Shown piece by piece: positions 6,112-7,078 of a stretch of 7,078 bases of DNA. The stretch lies in contig JAQVRT010000036.1 in NCBI GenBank assembly GCA_028700905.1, forward strand, positions 1 through 7,078, written 5' to 3'. The number at the start of each line of letters is the position of its first letter. Position 1 is the first letter of the stretch. The notes under the pieces are model-generated. The model saw only the letters and a program-made list of their open reading frames with translations. It was not told where the DNA came from and made no database searches. The DNA comes from Candidatus Iainarchaeum sp. (lineage in GTDB: Archaea > Iainarchaeota > Iainarchaeia > Iainarchaeales > CSSED10-239). Both the position numbers and the translations under genes were made by a program.

Positions 6112-6210
6112 AATATAATTTTATACTATATAAATATAGATAAAGATAATTCATTAACTATGTTACTTAATTACACTAAATTTAATAATATAATTAATAA
6201 TTACAACAAT

Positions 6211-6223
6211 AGTTATTTAAATA
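6211..6223. repeat. 13-nt motif AGTTATTTAAATA with palindromic TATA-like core TATTTAAATA (copy 2)
   Basis: The core (6214..6223) lies 35-44 nt upstream of the plus-strand ATG at 6258. A GTGAT SD-like element sits at 6250..6254. Confidence 0.4.
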
Positions 6224-6257
6224 CAATCTACATTAATATCTTAAATTATGTGATATT

Positions 6258-6926
6258 ATGGAATATAAAAGTGAAATAAATAAAATAAAATTATTAAAAA
6301 AAGAATTAAGAGATGTTCCTGTATCTTATGTTATTGAAGGTTCTACTCAAAAAAAAGTATTAGAATTTAATGAAAATGATATTGAAAACAAAAAAATATT
6401 AAACGAATTAAAATTAATATCTACAAAAATAATAAATGAATATAAACAGAAGTATATTACAAGAGAAATTTATAATCAAGAACTAAATAAAAAAACAAAT
6501 GCATTTAGGAATAATGAAGTTGGAGATTATTGTGAATATATAATAGTAAAAGTTTTTAAAGATAATAAAAAAGAATTTTTAGAAATTAAAGATATAATTA
6601 AATTAAGTAGTAAAGGATATCCTGATTTAAAAATAATTACAACTAAAAAAACTATTTTTGTAGAAGTAAAAGCAACATCAAAACCAGATATTGGATCTCC
6701 TAGAGATTTTTATTATACAGCTGGAGCAAATTCTGATAAAAAAATTAATATTGATGCACATCATTTATTAATAGGATTTATAACTAAAGAAGAAGAAAAA
6801 AACAAATTTCATATTATTGGATATAAAATTGTAGATGTATCTAAAATTAAAGTATCATTAAAACCAGAATTTAATACAGATAATAAAGGTATTTATAATA
6901 AAGAAACAGTTATTTATAAAGAATAA
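6258..6926 (+). CDS. Candidate type II restriction endonuclease (PD-(D/E)XK fold)
   Basis: 222 aa. It carries a canonical nuclease motif: E93 (GDYCEYIIV), P122-D123 (GYPDL, 6621..6626), then 12 residues, then E136-V-K138 (FVEVK, 6663..6671). Its stop is 14 nt from the stop of a convergent DNA methyltransferase gene. A GTGAT SD-like element lies 3 nt upstream of the ATG. Family and specificity are not recognisable by eye. Confidence 0.65.
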   Translation: MEYKSEINKIKLLKKELRDVPVSYVIEGSTQKKVLEFNENDIENKKILNELKLISTKIINEYKQKYITREIYNQELNKKTNAFRNNEVGDYCEYIIVKVFKDNKKEFLEIKDIIKLSSKGYPDLKIITTKKTIFVEVKATSKPDIGSPRDFYYTAGANSDKKINIDAHHLLIGFITKEEEKNKFHIIGYKIVDVSKIKVSLKPEFNTDNKGIYNKETVIYKE

Positions 6927-6940
6927 TTATTAAAATTATC

Positions 6941-7078
6941 TTATTTTAATTTTTCTTTAGAAATATTTAAATATGTGTCATCAATTTCAAAACCTATATA
7001 TTTACAACCTAATTTTTTTGCAATAACACAAGTAGTTCCCGAACCTAAAAAAGGATCAAGTATAACTGTATTTTTATT
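6941..7078 (-). CDS. DNA methyltransferase, N6_N4_Mtase type (beta-class N4-cytosine or N6-adenine). Only the C-terminal 45 codons are in the window.
   Basis: Hand translation of the minus strand from 7078 gives NKNTVILDPFLGSGTTCVIAKKLGCKYIGFEIDDTYLNISKEKLK*, with the stop at 6941..6943. The AdoMet-binding motif I (LDPFxGSGTT, 7031..7060) followed by G..(Y/F)IG.E.. near the C-terminus is typical of beta-class MTases, in which motif IV precedes motif I. It is absent from the ORF track because it runs off the edge. Confidence 0.85.
   Translation of the reverse strand, partial: NKNTVILDPFLGSGTTCVIAKKLGCKYIGFEIDDTYLNISKEKLK

Noticed and set aside
6160-6279. 39-aa plus-strand ORF (MLLNYTKFNNIINNYNNSYLNTIYINILNYVILWNIKVK) overlapping the endonuclease start, considered as a possible R-M controller (C) protein
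   Set aside because: It is too short for an HTH C-protein and is extremely N/I/Y-rich, as expected from roughly 15% GC DNA. It has no SD and overlaps the promoter motifs and the REase start out of frame.
1-7078. Scan for CRISPR repeats, tRNA/rRNA-like GC-rich structured segments, IS inverted repeats, integrase or transposase ORFs
   Set aside because: No regularly spaced repeats, no GC-rich intergenic segment capable of a cloverleaf, and no recombinase-like ORF were found. The intergenic regions are 53-220 nt of AT-rich promoter-like sequence.

Overview
This is an AT-rich archaeal chromosome segment. The archaeal origin is shown by a transcription factor B gene and two class III signal-peptide (archaeal type IV pilin-like) genes. 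Several starts are preceded by Shine-Dalgarno-like GGTG/GTGAT elements, and all three standard stop codons are used. Positions 1-5149 are a minus-strand run of mostly core genes: two tandem pilin-like genes with InlB-B-repeat-type domains, scpA (SMC kleisin), an uncharacterised coiled-coil protein, a low-Mr thioredoxin reductase with degenerate NADPH-binding motifs, a Gpt-family purine phosphoribosyltransferase, and tfb. From about 5300 to the right edge the composition drops: hand-counted 60-nt lines give 12-22% GC, against 27-37% in tfb and trxB. The gene content there becomes accessory. It holds a tightly coupled two-gene cassette (a 78-aa orphan protein plus a 135-aa PIN-like protein). That cassette is divergent from a candidate PD-(D/E)XK restriction endonuclease, which converges on the 3' end of a beta-class N4/N6 DNA methyltransferase cut by the window edge. 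The best candidate for something undescribed is the orphan + PIN-like cassette beside the R-M pair, but this is inference from weak motifs. I saw no rRNA, tRNA, CRISPR, transposase or integrase. All family calls come from motif recognition by eye; no searches were run. The lineage is possibly a small-genome, DPANN-like archaeon but cannot be determined here.
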